Assembly: GCA_963787835.1 (NCBI GenBank)
Contig: CAWBEI010000002.1
Coordinates: 384,001 to 448,000, forward strand
Origin: Ignavibacteriota bacterium
GTDB taxonomy: Bacteria > Bacteroidota > Ignavibacteria > Palsa-1295
Length of the DNA stretch: 64,000 nt
Reading direction: 5' to 3'
The notes under the pieces were generated by a model that did not search any database, was not told the DNA's origin, and worked only from the letters and a program-made list of their open reading frames with translations. Positions 20,854-31,239 of this stretch are shown in pieces (position 1 is the stretch's first letter; each line of letters opens with the position of its first letter). The translations under genes were made by a program, and so were the position numbers.

Positions 20854-23040
20854 TCAAGGTTCTATCACCATCGCACGCGTGGCGGACTGCCCGCCGCTCT
20901 CCAGACGGTAGAAATACACGCCGCTTGGGGTGTTCCCGCGCTGGAATGGCACCTCATGCTCGCCCGCATCCATAAACCCATTCAAGAGCACAGCCACTTC
21001 GCGGCCCGTGGCATCGTAGAGCGTGAGGGTGATGAAGGATGGTTCCGGAAGCATGAACGAGATGGTGGTGCTTTGGGTGAAAGGGTTGGGGGAGTTTGAC
21101 GCGAGCTCGAAAAGTCGAGCTGATTTGCCATTCTGAACTGAAGCCAAAGATGGCTGAAGACGATAGACCCCTGCTAGCGTGCCTCCGAAGACAAATCCGT
21201 CGGCAGTTGTGGCAAGTACATTAACATAGGCTGGAAGACCAGAATCAATCGCTACCCAGGAACTTCCGTTCTTTGGTAATACCGACACGCTTCCGTTCTG
21301 ATGTACATTCAACCCTGCATAAATATTACCATTCGAATCGGAAGCAAGCGAGATAATAGAAAGATTATTTAATCCCGAATTAGCTGAAGACCAGCTATTG
21401 CCGGAATCGGTAGAGCGATATACGCCTGCATTGGTTGTCCCCACAAAGACTTTCCCCTCGGGAGTGATAGCCATAGATGTTATAAAACTGGAGTCGCCGT
21501 TTACAGCCGTATGTGTGAGGTCCCTGCATACATTCGTCCATGATTGTCCGTCATCTCTGGATCGAAAGATACTTCCATCTCCTACGCCCGGCCACGTTGC
21601 AGCATAAATTTGTCCGTATCGATCAATCCCAAGAGCAGTTACATCAGAATCCGTCATTCCTATACTCATAGACTCCCATGAGATGCCTTCATTGGTCGAG
21701 CGAAGTATACCTCCTTCGCTAGTTCCCGCAAAGATCCAACCCGCTGGATTGATAGCAAATTGGTTTAATGAATAAAGCCTAGTGTTAAAAAAGTATTCCA
21801 GCCCACTATCAATTGACATCCAAGTTTTTCCGCTATCTGTCGAGCGATAGCTACCCTCAATGGTTGAAGCAAAAATGTGCCCGCTGCGATTGATTGCAAT
21901 AGCCCCCGTCGCAGGATTTGCAAAGCCACTGTCAATGCGCGTCCAGTTATCACCATTATCAGACGAATAGCATACACCCCCATAATCGGGCTGTCCCCCT
22001 ACAAACAGTGCGCCGTTTGGACTTGTGGCAAGTGTCCAGATATCCACACTGGTAAGGCCGGTCAATTTGTGCCACGACGCTCCCAGATCGGTTGTTGAGA
22101 ACGCTCCATCTCCATAGGAACCCGCTAAGATTCGTCCGGTTCGGCTAATAAATAGAGAGCTGCCACCATTATGGAGCCTCAGCCCATAATTTATTTGTTG
22201 AAAAGTGTTTCCATAGTTAGTGGAATAGAAAATTACGCCTTGTTCAATCCAAAGCATTGTACTATCATCACCAAATACAATATCGCCAGCTAAACCCTGG
22301 GAAGATGGAACTGTACTCCACGCATTGCCGTCATTGGTGGTAAGATAAATACCTCCCGAACTGCCCACATAGAGATTCCCTTTTTGATTCGTGGCAATGT
22401 CATAAATTTGAAGAACTGAATCACCAGGCTTAACCAATTGCCAGCTTTTGGCAGAGTCGCTTGATCTATAGATGCCATAGCTGCTGCCATCTTGTGCATT
22501 CACAAAAATATGGCCGTCGAGATTAGTTGCTAATGCTTGGACATAGACAAGATTAGTATCAAGGCGTGTCCATACGGAGCCAGAGTTCGTCGAACGCCAA
22601 ATTCCATTATCACCCCCCGCATAAATAACTCCGTTCGCCTCGGCAGCTATCGCCCGAACATCAATAAAATATCCTGGCGTCCCGAGGCCGCTATCTATAG
22701 AAGTCCAAGTATTGCCATCATCAGTGGAACGGAATATACCATTCTCACCAGCGTATATATTGCCGCTCGAATCAGCCGCGAGAACGCCAAATCCATCAAT
22801 GTAATTGGGGTCAGTGTTAACCCTCTGCCAACTCCCCCCGCCATCCGTAGAGCGAAATAGTCCCACCTCAGTACCCGCGAAGATATGGCCATTCGGGGCT
22901 TCGGTAAAAGCAGAGACGGTACCTGCTGGTGCGCCGCTTGCAGGCTCCCAAATATTCTGAGATATACTTACGCAGGGTGCAGAGAGCACCAGCGCTACGA
23001 TAAGGAACAACCTAATTTTATAATTGACACATGTGACCAT
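20854..23040 (-). CDS. T9SS cargo with many BNR/Asp-box repeats (double beta-propeller)
   Basis: Repeated RSTD.G.SW; CTD NSPNPFTQSTTISF...SGVYFYRL. Confidence 0.9.
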   Translation of the reverse strand: MVTCVNYKIRLFLIVALVLSAPCVSISQNIWEPASGAPAGTVSAFTEAPNGHIFAGTEVGLFRSTDGGGSWQRVNTDPNYIDGFGVLAADSSGNIYAGENGIFRSTDDGNTWTSIDSGLGTPGYFIDVRAIAAEANGVIYAGGDNGIWRSTNSGSVWTRLDTNLVYVQALATNLDGHIFVNAQDGSSYGIYRSSDSAKSWQLVKPGDSVLQIYDIATNQKGNLYVGSSGGIYLTTNDGNAWSTVPSSQGLAGDIVFGDDSTMLWIEQGVIFYSTNYGNTFQQINYGLRLHNGGSSLFISRTGRILAGSYGDGAFSTTDLGASWHKLTGLTSVDIWTLATSPNGALFVGGQPDYGGVCYSSDNGDNWTRIDSGFANPATGAIAINRSGHIFASTIEGSYRSTDSGKTWMSIDSGLEYFFNTRLYSLNQFAINPAGWIFAGTSEGGILRSTNEGISWESMSIGMTDSDVTALGIDRYGQIYAATWPGVGDGSIFRSRDDGQSWTNVCRDLTHTAVNGDSSFITSMAITPEGKVFVGTTNAGVYRSTDSGNSWSSANSGLNNLSIISLASDSNGNIYAGLNVHQNGSVSVLPKNGSSWVAIDSGLPAYVNVLATTADGFVFGGTLAGVYRLQPSLASVQNGKSARLFELASNSPNPFTQSTTISFMLPEPSFITLTLYDATGREVAVLLNGFMDAGEHEVPFQRGNTPSGVYFYRLESGGQSATRAMVIEP

Positions 23041-23127
23041 ACTACTTAGAACTCCGTCGGTATGTAGAAAGGTTACACCAAATATGCACTTTTTCCAGGA
23101 AGCAATTCAAGCCCATTTTGAGCCAAA

Positions 23128-23170
23128 TGTCGGGCTGGAAGAAGCATCGTCGGCGATGCGTCCGACCTAC
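23128..23170 (-). repeat. GTAG-tagged REP (GTAGGTCGG...CCAGCCCGAC) with nested hairpin
   Basis: Matches 28807..28830 plus inserted aagcatcgtcggcgatgcgt. Confidence 0.7.
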
Positions 23171-23667
23171 GCAAGCGGCTTCGACATAATAATGCAGTGA
23201 CATTCTATTCCCGGTTTCAGCGGTCGGGTGGGATGGAATTCTTCAGTACCCGTTTCTACATAGCCAAGCTTGCGATAATAGGGCGGAAGCTCTGCGCGCG
23301 CGGAGAGCACTTTAATGTCCATGTATCTGCATCCCTTCGCACGGACGTGCTGCTCCGCAGCCTCGACCATCCTCGTTCCCAATCCCCGGCCTTGTCGTGA
23401 TGGCTCGACCGCCAGCACCCCGAAGTACCCTCGTTCCCCACGCTGCTCGACGTACACGGAAGCGATGATCTTGCCTGGGGCATCCTCCAACAGCAGGAAC
23501 TCCCCTTTTTGCATGTGATCGGCAACGTTCTTCTCATCCGTGCGCGTCCCGCTTAAGAAGATCTCAACTTGGAACGCAGGATTCACCACCGCAACAATAG
23601 CGGGAATATCGCTGGCAGTAGCAATGCGGATTTTGGGTTTCAAGATCGTAAGTTTCAAGATTGTCAT
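23167..23667 (-). CDS. GNAT family N-acetyltransferase
   Basis: IRIAT.SD, LAVEPSRQGRGLG, YYRKLGY. Confidence 0.9.
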   Translation of the reverse strand: MTILKLTILKPKIRIATASDIPAIVAVVNPAFQVEIFLSGTRTDEKNVADHMQKGEFLLLEDAPGKIIASVYVEQRGERGYFGVLAVEPSRQGRGLGTRMVEAAEQHVRAKGCRYMDIKVLSARAELPPYYRKLGYVETGTEEFHPTRPLKPGIECHCIIMSKPLA

Positions 23668-23744
23668 TCCTGCGAAAGTGGGAATCCAGGCTTGGATTTA
23701 CCGAAAACTTGGGGTCTGGATCCCCGCTTTCGCGGGGATGACAA
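23661..23744. repeat. TGTCATTCCYGCGAAAGYGGGAATCCA REP-like doublet
   Basis: Inverted arms; half copy at 33001..33033. Confidence 0.8.
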
Positions 23745-23774
23745 TTATCTGCGTCGTCTTTTTGGTTATATTTT

Positions 23775-24923
23775 TTAATTTCTAAGAATCGTTTGTATCA
23801 CCTCCACCAATCGGTCAATATCTTCCGTTGTATTGTGATGTGAAAAAGATACCCGCACCGATTTGCTCGCAACGTCCTTCGATCTTCCCATGGCGAGCAG
23901 CACATGCGATGGCTGCTGGCTGCCGGAGGTACACGCCGCGCCGTTCGAGACGGCAATTCCTTCCAGATCGAAGCGAATGATGAGGGAATCGGCATCCATG
24001 CGCGAAAGCACCTCCGGTGTAAACGTGAAATTTACGATCGAATCGATGGATGTGTCATCGGTGGCGGAATTTAAAACGATCTCTGGTATTTTCGCAAGTT
24101 TATTAAGAAGATGCTTTCTCAGAAGTCCAACCGAGTCCACTCCGTCCATGTACCCGGAAGCAATTTTTACGGCCTCTGCAAAACCGACAGCAAGTGCAAC
24201 CGCTTCTGTGCCACCGCGCCGATTGCGTTCCTGGGAACCTCCGTGCAGCAGCGGTTCCCAGGGGGTTCCACTTTTAATGTAGAGCGCACCGATGCCTTTC
24301 GGTCCGTGGATCTTGTGCGCGGAAAGTGAGAGCATGTCAACTCCCATTGCCTTCACGTCGATCGGCATTTTGCCAAGCGCCTGCACTGCATCCGTGTGAA
24401 CGAGCGCGCTGGACCCAGCCTTCACAACGCTCACAATCTCCGAGATCGGATTGATAGCACCTGTTTCATTATTAACCATCATTAGCGAAACGAGCGTGGT
24501 ATCGCTGGCTATATTAGCGCCATCCAACAGTGCATGCCCAAAAGGACTTACAGGGACGTAGGTGACCGAAGCGCCAAGTTTCGCAAGCCACTCAGCAGGT
24601 TCGAGCACGGCAAGATGCTCCGTTCGGCTGGTAACGATCTTTATCTCATTCCAGAAAGGCTGTTCGGAATATTTTTTGAAGGCCGCACCCTTGATCGCGG
24701 CATTATCGGATTCAGTTCCGCCAGAAGTAAAGACGATCTCGCGAGGCTCGGCATTGATGGCGCGGGCCACGGTTTCGCGCGCCGATTCAAGCGCTACGCG
24801 CGCATGGGTGCCAAGTTGGTGTACGCTGGAGGCATTGCCGAATTCCCCTTCGAAGTATGGACGCATAGCATCCAAAACTTTGGGGTCGAGCGGGGTTGTG
24901 GCGGCATTATCGAGATAGATCAT
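23775..24923 (-). CDS. iscS: Cysteine desulfurase, IscS/NifS class I
   Basis: IYLDNAATT, FTSGGTESDN, HTDAVQA, SAHKIHGPKGIG, SNGAACTSG. Confidence 0.93.
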   Translation of the reverse strand: MIYLDNAATTPLDPKVLDAMRPYFEGEFGNASSVHQLGTHARVALESARETVARAINAEPREIVFTSGGTESDNAAIKGAAFKKYSEQPFWNEIKIVTSRTEHLAVLEPAEWLAKLGASVTYVPVSPFGHALLDGANIASDTTLVSLMMVNNETGAINPISEIVSVVKAGSSALVHTDAVQALGKMPIDVKAMGVDMLSLSAHKIHGPKGIGALYIKSGTPWEPLLHGGSQERNRRGGTEAVALAVGFAEAVKIASGYMDGVDSVGLLRKHLLNKLAKIPEIVLNSATDDTSIDSIVNFTFTPEVLSRMDADSLIIRFDLEGIAVSNGAACTSGSQQPSHVLLAMGRSKDVASKSVRVSFSHHNTTEDIDRLVEVIQTILRN

Positions 24924-25002
24924 TTCAGAGGCTGCACGTAAGGTATATCGTGCGAAGCCACCACACACACAAACAAACTAAAGTTCACTCCATGCGGATG
25001 GT

Positions 25003-25623
25003 TTACCGGTGCTCAGCCGCCTTTTCGGCGGCTTGTTTCTTTAGAAGCTGATTCTTGATACGCTGTTGGCGCAGCAGAAGGCGTAACTTGCGAAGCTGTG
25101 CGGCAGACGCGCTGCGATTACCCTCGGCAACCTGCTCACGGACGCGTTGGTTGAACTCCTGCTCGAACACCAACAGCTTTGCGCGTTGCAACGGCGTGAG
25201 GAGCGGCATCAGGTCGCTATCCAGTTTTTGCTCGCGGGCTGCGATCTGCTGATTGAGATCCTTGATCTTCTGCGTCATAGCGGCGATGTCTGCCTCGGAT
25301 GCAGAAGTATTGGTTGCCGCGCCGAGCGCTTTAAGCTCGAAATTACGCTCCTTCACCAACGACTGGATTTCCTTTTCGGCGGGTTTATAGACCTCAAAGA
25401 ACTTCTGGGCGGTAATATCGTCAAGCTCAAGATCTTTTTTGATCTTGGCGTACTTCAACTGCTCGATCTTCTGGACAAGCGTTTGCCGGATTGTTTGCTC
25501 CTGAGCATCGCGAAGTTCATCCGATAAGTTCGTCTCGTTCGGCACCTGCGCGCTGGCAATGGGCGCGAGCATAAGCGCGCCGCAAAACCAAAGAAAAAAT
25601 AATACTGTAAATTTCATAACCAT
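25003..25623 (-). CDS. Periplasmic helical protein, Spy/CpxP-like
   Basis: Signal peptide; LELDD..AQKF, LLTPLQRAKL; third gene of ECF cluster. Confidence 0.7.
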   Translation of the reverse strand: MVMKFTVLFFLWFCGALMLAPIASAQVPNETNLSDELRDAQEQTIRQTLVQKIEQLKYAKIKKDLELDDITAQKFFEVYKPAEKEIQSLVKERNFELKALGAATNTSASEADIAAMTQKIKDLNQQIAAREQKLDSDLMPLLTPLQRAKLLVFEQEFNQRVREQVAEGNRSASAAQLRKLRLLLRQQRIKNQLLKKQAAEKAAEHR

Positions 25624-25659
25624 GTTGGAGGAGATCGTTACCTCATCCCAAATTTCTAT

Positions 25660-26247
25660 TTATTCGTCGCTTTCCAGATCTTGTACAATGGCCTCGAGTT
25701 CCGGTTTGGACAGGTCGTCAAGGCTGACGGCATTTTCCGCTGGTCCCGAAACCGGTTCCGCAACCATCGCGAGATCGGAGGATGAAAGATCATCCGTGTG
25801 CGGTGCGCGATAGTTCGAATGTGCCCGATCGCTTGAATGGGCCGGAAGCTGTACCGCCGCAACTTCCGGTGAAGCAACAGGCTCCGGTTTCGCAACTTGA
25901 GCAATAGGTGCCGATGGTGCTTGAGGCGCCTGCGCTATCGGAGCCGGAGAAACACCCTGCTTGAAAGGAGAATCCCCCCCGAATGGCTGGAAGATCATGA
26001 CCCCTGCGACAAGCAGGGCAGCAGCCGAGATTGCAATGCTGCTGCTCCAGATGTGTCCCGCAAAAAATAGCTGCATTCGCTTCAGCCATGTAGATCGCTG
26101 CTGCTCGGCGATCCGATCCATAACCCGGACGCGAAATGTTGCCCAATAGAGCGGACCAGGCTCCTCGGAAACATACGGAGTCGCAAGTTTTCGGATGTCC
26201 TCCTCAAACTTACTCGTATTCGCATTATTTTCGCTGTACTTTTCCAT
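25660..26247 (-). CDS. Putative membrane anti-sigma factor
   Basis: Downstream of ECF sigma; P..YW.TF..RVM motif, single TM, low-complexity periplasmic part. Confidence 0.7.
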   Translation of the reverse strand: MEKYSENNANTSKFEEDIRKLATPYVSEEPGPLYWATFRVRVMDRIAEQQRSTWLKRMQLFFAGHIWSSSIAISAAALLVAGVMIFQPFGGDSPFKQGVSPAPIAQAPQAPSAPIAQVAKPEPVASPEVAAVQLPAHSSDRAHSNYRAPHTDDLSSSDLAMVAEPVSGPAENAVSLDDLSKPELEAIVQDLESDE

Positions 26248-26263
26248 ATTTTCCCTTATCTAA

Positions 26264-26291
26264 TGGACGCGAAATCGCATCAAAAGTTTAA
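26264..26291 (-). promoter_or_regulatory. Candidate ECF promoter AAAC-N16-CGTC upstream of anti-sigma
   Basis: minus strand taaacttttgatgcgatttcgcgtcca. Confidence 0.4.
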
Positions 26292-26303
26292 TAACCCCTT
26301 TAC

Positions 26304-26930
26304 TTATTCGCTCCCGGCCAGCTCAGAGCTTCGCAACCCAGAAAACCGCTCCGAATTCTGGAGATATTCCCCGATCTTTTTAACCGCATGAAAATAATTA
26401 GCTTTCAATCCGCCAACGCTCGTCCCTAATATGAATGCGATGTCTTCATACGGAAGTTCATCGTAAAATCGCATCATAAAGACGCGCTGCTGTTTTGGTG
26501 GCAGCGTTTCGATCGCCGCTTCGATCAGGCGGGTCGTTTCCCCTTTCAACAATTGGCTGTCCGGCTCGGCACCTTCTTCGGAAAGCTCGTTGATCTCGTC
26601 AAGAGCAACGAACTGCCTCACCTTATTCTTACGCGAGCGCTGAATGACCGCGTTCATCATAATACGATACAGCCACGTATAAAGCTGTGATTCCCCGCGA
26701 AATTTACCGAGCGCCTCGTAGGCTTTCACGAACGTTTGCTGCGCAATCTCATCGGCCTCGTCATGATCGCCACGGAGCATCTTTCGGGCAGCGAAATAGA
26801 TGCGCTTTTGGTACCGATCGACAAGCTCGGTGAATGCCGCATCGCTATCGCCACGCGAAGACGATCTGGCTTGAAAAAGCCGGATAAGATCGTCATCGGA
26901 TAATGCGTGGTATTCGGGGCGATACGCCAT
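26304..26930 (-). CDS. ECF (sigma70 family) RNA polymerase sigma factor
   Basis: AFTELVDRYQ, ADEIAQQTFVKAY..L.KFRGES.LYTWLYRI, LP.KQ..VF.MR....LPYEDIA. Confidence 0.95.
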   Translation of the reverse strand: MAYRPEYHALSDDDLIRLFQARSSSRGDSDAAFTELVDRYQKRIYFAARKMLRGDHDEADEIAQQTFVKAYEALGKFRGESQLYTWLYRIMMNAVIQRSRKNKVRQFVALDEINELSEEGAEPDSQLLKGETTRLIEAAIETLPPKQQRVFMMRFYDELPYEDIAFILGTSVGGLKANYFHAVKKIGEYLQNSERFSGLRSSELAGSE

Positions 26931-27136
26931 TAATCGTAGATCAAAGCTTTCTACACAAACCCGTGTCTGCACAAACGGTTCGTTGCTGAAAAGTTCTTTT
27001 CTATATGAGCATATCAAAAAGGGTTGGTTTAATTTGTGTAAAATTAATCATTGTTTTGGCACCACCTGGTTTTCCTGTATTATTTTTGTACTGAGTAGTT
27101 CGTTTTTTCCATCTCTTTTAATAGATTGACAACGTT

Positions 27137-28702
27137 ATGAACAAATACATCCTTAGCTTTCTGCTGCTATTGGCCCTGAGTACCGTGGGGCTTAACTCCA
27201 TCGCGTTCGGACAAAACGGCCCCGAAGTAACCGGTCACAGCTATTGGGGCTTCGACCTTGGCGTTACCGGGTCATCGTATTGGGGAAATAAAAATTTCCT
27301 CTGGCATTTGTATGACCCGAACGAGATCGATCCAAATACCGGGCTCCAGACCAATGTTAACACATATATGCCTTATAATAGCCTTGGCTCGGGACTCGGA
27401 TTTCTCCTCGGCGGAAAAATTGCTTTTCCTCTGAGCAACTCCCTGGATCTTGAGGGTAAACTTCGCTATTTAACCAACTACACCTCCAGCAACGAATCGC
27501 ATACGGTTACGCTGGCCACGGATCCAACGACGAACCAGGTTACAGATCAATCCAACTCATCAAACAACTACACGCTACTTCTTTCGAATTTAAGCCTTGC
27601 CGCGCTCCTTAACTTTCGGCTCGGCGGTGCATGGTATGCGATCGGTGGGCTCGAGTTCTCCGGCCTTCTGAGCAATTCGCTGGGTGCCAACCAAACCCTG
27701 ACCACACCCGGCGAATCCTATTATTTTGCCGGAACACCGGATAAAACCGGCAGCAATATCCTCAACCGGCCAGCGGCCAGTATTTCGGACCGATTTGTTA
27801 CCACGCGCGCAGCGATCCAGATCGGTGCCGGGACTGGGTTCGACCTCTCGAGTTCATCCATGCTGGATCTGGAGTTGCTCTTCAGCATTCCCCTGACTTC
27901 GTGGCTGAACAGCGATGCTCAGACAGACTTAAATGCTACAGCTGCGGGCTACCTTCAACCAGCTATTACGTACCCCAATCTCTGGTATGCCTCGCTCACC
28001 GTTGGCATCCGGTTCCCCTTCGGTGGAACGAACGGCGCCAGCGCCGCCGAGCAACGTGAAGCGACGGAACCAACGAATCCTCCCTCGGATGGCAAGGTTA
28101 CGCTTACGGGAACCGTTACTGACGCAGGCACCGGCAACCCTGTCGAAGCGAATATGACGGTCGTCGATCTGACGAACAACCAGGTGGTTGCCAACGACCA
28201 TACCGACGGCAACGGCCGGTACAACATCCGCGTAAAAGCTCCGGGTAAATATTCCGTCACTGCGGATGCCAATGGGTACTTGTTTGGCACGGCTTATTTC
28301 GAGGTGGACGATCAGGGTCGCATTCTATCGCGCCATCCGAATATCAAGCTCGGACCGGCCTCCGGCAGAACGCGCTTGCTTGTCTTTTTCGATTTTGGCA
28401 AATCAACGCTTAATTCCTCTTCGTATCCCGAGCTGGATCGCGCGGTTCGGCTTATGAAAGCAGTTCCCACGATGGTCGTCGAGATCGCGGGATATACCGA
28501 TAACATCGGCTCCGACGACGTGAATATGAGGATCTCCCTGCAGCGGGCGAACGCGGTGCGTGACTACCTCATCCAAAATGGTGTGGATGGGAGCCGCGTA
28601 TCCGCCAAAGGCTACGGCAAAGATTCCCCCATCGCCGACAACAGCACCGACGAAGGCCGCTCCGAAAACCGCCGTGTAGAGTTCGTCGTGTTGAGAAAAT
28701 AA
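27137..28702 (+). CDS. OmpA family protein (beta-barrel + carboxypeptidase-regulatory-like + OmpA C-terminal domain)
   Basis: FFDFGKS, EIAGYTDNIG, LQRANAV.DYL, NRRVEF. Confidence 0.92.
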   Translation: MNKYILSFLLLLALSTVGLNSIAFGQNGPEVTGHSYWGFDLGVTGSSYWGNKNFLWHLYDPNEIDPNTGLQTNVNTYMPYNSLGSGLGFLLGGKIAFPLSNSLDLEGKLRYLTNYTSSNESHTVTLATDPTTNQVTDQSNSSNNYTLLLSNLSLAALLNFRLGGAWYAIGGLEFSGLLSNSLGANQTLTTPGESYYFAGTPDKTGSNILNRPAASISDRFVTTRAAIQIGAGTGFDLSSSSMLDLELLFSIPLTSWLNSDAQTDLNATAAGYLQPAITYPNLWYASLTVGIRFPFGGTNGASAAEQREATEPTNPPSDGKVTLTGTVTDAGTGNPVEANMTVVDLTNNQVVANDHTDGNGRYNIRVKAPGKYSVTADANGYLFGTAYFEVDDQGRILSRHPNIKLGPASGRTRLLVFFDFGKSTLNSSSYPELDRAVRLMKAVPTMVVEIAGYTDNIGSDDVNMRISLQRANAVRDYLIQNGVDGSRVSAKGYGKDSPIADNSTDEGRSENRRVEFVVLRK

Positions 28703-28889
28703 TCGTAGTCCCGAAGAGCCTGCCCTCAGCTTGACTGGGGGGACGAAAGATAATAGCCGGGGGCGCAAGCCCCTGGTTTGCGTTTAAAACGCCGGGTCGG
28801 GTTCGCGTAGGTCGGTGCTTCCAGCCCGACTCCCCCCTGCCGAATTCACCTCCTCCATCCTGTGTTGCAATAAACCAACCACATCCCGA

Positions 28890-30029
28890 ATGCAATTAGA
28901 AATAAAGCCTTCCCACAAACCGATCAAGCAATACTACGCCGCGCTGGCGGAGTTTGAAAAACTTGGCGCCTCGAAGGAAACATCCGTCCGCGCGGCGTTT
29001 CAGGAAATTCTGACCACCTACGCGCGGAAAAAGAAATGGTCCTTCATTGCGGAGGAGGGAATTACGCTTGCCAATGGCAATGCCGGTTCCGTCGATGGAG
29101 CGATCAAAGATGAGTGGGGCGGCATTATCGGATTTTGGGAAGCAAAAGATGAACAGGACGATCTCCGTAAATGGATCGATAAAAAATTCGCAGCAGGCTA
29201 TCCGAGAAATAACATACTCTTCCAGAAACCCACGCTCGCCATACTCATTCAAGATAGCGGCGAGATCGACGAATACGATCTGACAGACGCCGAACGCCTC
29301 GCAGCATGCATTACGGATTTTATCGGATACCGCGCCGAGGAGCAATCGAACTGGGAACAGATCGTCGCGCAGTTCAAGGATAGAATTCCCGAATCGGCCA
29401 AGAAGGTCATCGAAATGATCGAGGTCGAAAAGAAGGATAACGCTCGTTTCAAAAAGGCATTTCAGGATTTTGCAGAACTCTGCCGCGCCGCCATCAATCC
29501 GAACCTCGCGGATGAAGCCGTCGAAGAAATGCTTGTTCAGCATTTACTGACCTCGCGAATTTTTACAAGCGTATTCGAAAACCCGGAATTCGTGCGAAGG
29601 AATGTAATTGCGAGCGAGATCGAAAAAGTGATCGACGCGCTCACCTCGCGCAGTTTCAACCGGCAGCAATTTTTCGCGCCGCTCGACCATTTTTACCGCG
29701 CACTGGAACTGAAAGCAAAATCCATTACCGACTGGAGCCAGAAGCAGGCGTTCCTGAACACCGTGTATGAAAAGTTCTTTCAGGGGTTTGCCGTCAAGGT
29801 GGCCGATACGCACGGCATCGTCTATACGCCGCAGCCCATCGTGGATTTTATGGTGCGCTCGGTGCAGCATATTCTAAAAACGGAGTTCAAACGCTCGCTG
29901 GCAAGCGAAGGCGTGCATATTCTCGACCCGTTTGTGGGAACCGGGAATTTCATCATGCGCATCATCCGCGAAATTGGCAACAACGCAAAAGAGCTCGAAT
30001 CCGAAAGGAACTGGAGCACCTGTTCTTAA
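28890..30029 (+). pseudogene. N-terminal fragment of type ISP/IIG-like restriction-modification enzyme (nuclease + start of N6-MTase), truncated
   Basis: VDG...WEAKD nuclease motif; HGIVYTPQPIVDFM, ILDPFVGTGNFI; stops before NPPY motif IV. Confidence 0.85.
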
Positions 30030-30042
30030 GTGTTCATAGAGA

Positions 30043-31239
30043 ATGAAAATGAAGAAGAAAGAAGTCAAAATTCTTGATACATTTGCCGGAGCGGGAGGAT
30101 TCAGCCTTGGCTTTAGTCTTGCCGGTGCATCAGTAATTGGCGCAATAGAGTCCGATGAATGGGCTGCCGAGACATTTGCTTTCAACCATCCTGAAAGTAA
30201 TGTGATCGTTGCCGATATTACAAAGCTTAAAAATGCCAAGGTACTCTCGAACTTCGGTTCAGGACAAGTTGACATTCTTCTTGGGGGTCCGCCTTGCCAA
30301 GGCTTCTCGCATGCCAACCGAAATGCTGGCGACCCACATGATCCTCGAAATTCATTGTTCATGGAATTTCTTAGAGTTGCAAAAGTTATACAACCTCGGT
30401 TAGTTATTATGGAGAATGTTCCAAACATTCAAAAAGCCAAGACGAAGTCTGGAGTTCCGGTCGTTGACATTATTCAAAACGAACTACAGAGGATAGGATA
30501 CCATACTTATAGCAAAGTTCTTGAAGCTGTTGATTATGGTGTTCCACAAATACGTAAGCGGTTTTTGGTAATCGGTTCTGCATCCCCTTTATCAAGACCA
30601 TTTCCAAGCGCTACACATAGAATAAGCACTGGGAGCAACCTTTTTGATGAGTCCCTATTGTCCACACCAACTTTGTGGGATGCGATTTCGGATTTACCTG
30701 AAATCGAAGCAGGGGAGGGAGCGGAGCAAATGGAGTATGCCATTCCACCACAAACTGAGTTCCAGCGATTGTTGCGTGAGAATACATCCCATCTTTATAA
30801 TCATAAAGCAATGTCACATTCGAAGAGGATGGTAGAGCGGTTTAAATCAATGTCATGGGGCGATTCAACTTCTGATGTCCCCGAACATTTGATGCCGTTG
30901 AAAAGAAATGGGAATGGCGAGAAATCTGAAAAAGCCTACGACCAAAACAATCGACGAATGTACGCAGATAGGCCATGCCATACGATCGCCGCTTCATTTT
31001 ATGCTAACTTTGTTCATCCATACATTAATAGAAATTTCACCCCACGAGAGGGTGCAAGAATTCAATCATTTCCGGATTGGTATATTTTCAAGGGGAAGCC
31101 AACTGTTGTAAGTCATAAGCTGTTGCAACGAGAGGGACGATTTACTGAGAAGCACCTATGTCAGTATAACCAAATTGGTAATGCGGTACCCCCATTACTA
31201 GCCAAAACATTAGCCTTAAATTTATTCGCTCAACTTTAA
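30043..31239 (+). CDS. DNA (cytosine-5)-methyltransferase
   Basis: FAGAGG, GGPPCQGFS, MENV, YGVPQIRKR, REGARIQSFPD, QIGNAVPP; low GC. Confidence 0.96.
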   Translation: MKMKKKEVKILDTFAGAGGFSLGFSLAGASVIGAIESDEWAAETFAFNHPESNVIVADITKLKNAKVLSNFGSGQVDILLGGPPCQGFSHANRNAGDPHDPRNSLFMEFLRVAKVIQPRLVIMENVPNIQKAKTKSGVPVVDIIQNELQRIGYHTYSKVLEAVDYGVPQIRKRFLVIGSASPLSRPFPSATHRISTGSNLFDESLLSTPTLWDAISDLPEIEAGEGAEQMEYAIPPQTEFQRLLRENTSHLYNHKAMSHSKRMVERFKSMSWGDSTSDVPEHLMPLKRNGNGEKSEKAYDQNNRRMYADRPCHTIAASFYANFVHPYINRNFTPREGARIQSFPDWYIFKGKPTVVSHKLLQREGRFTEKHLCQYNQIGNAVPPLLAKTLALNLFAQL

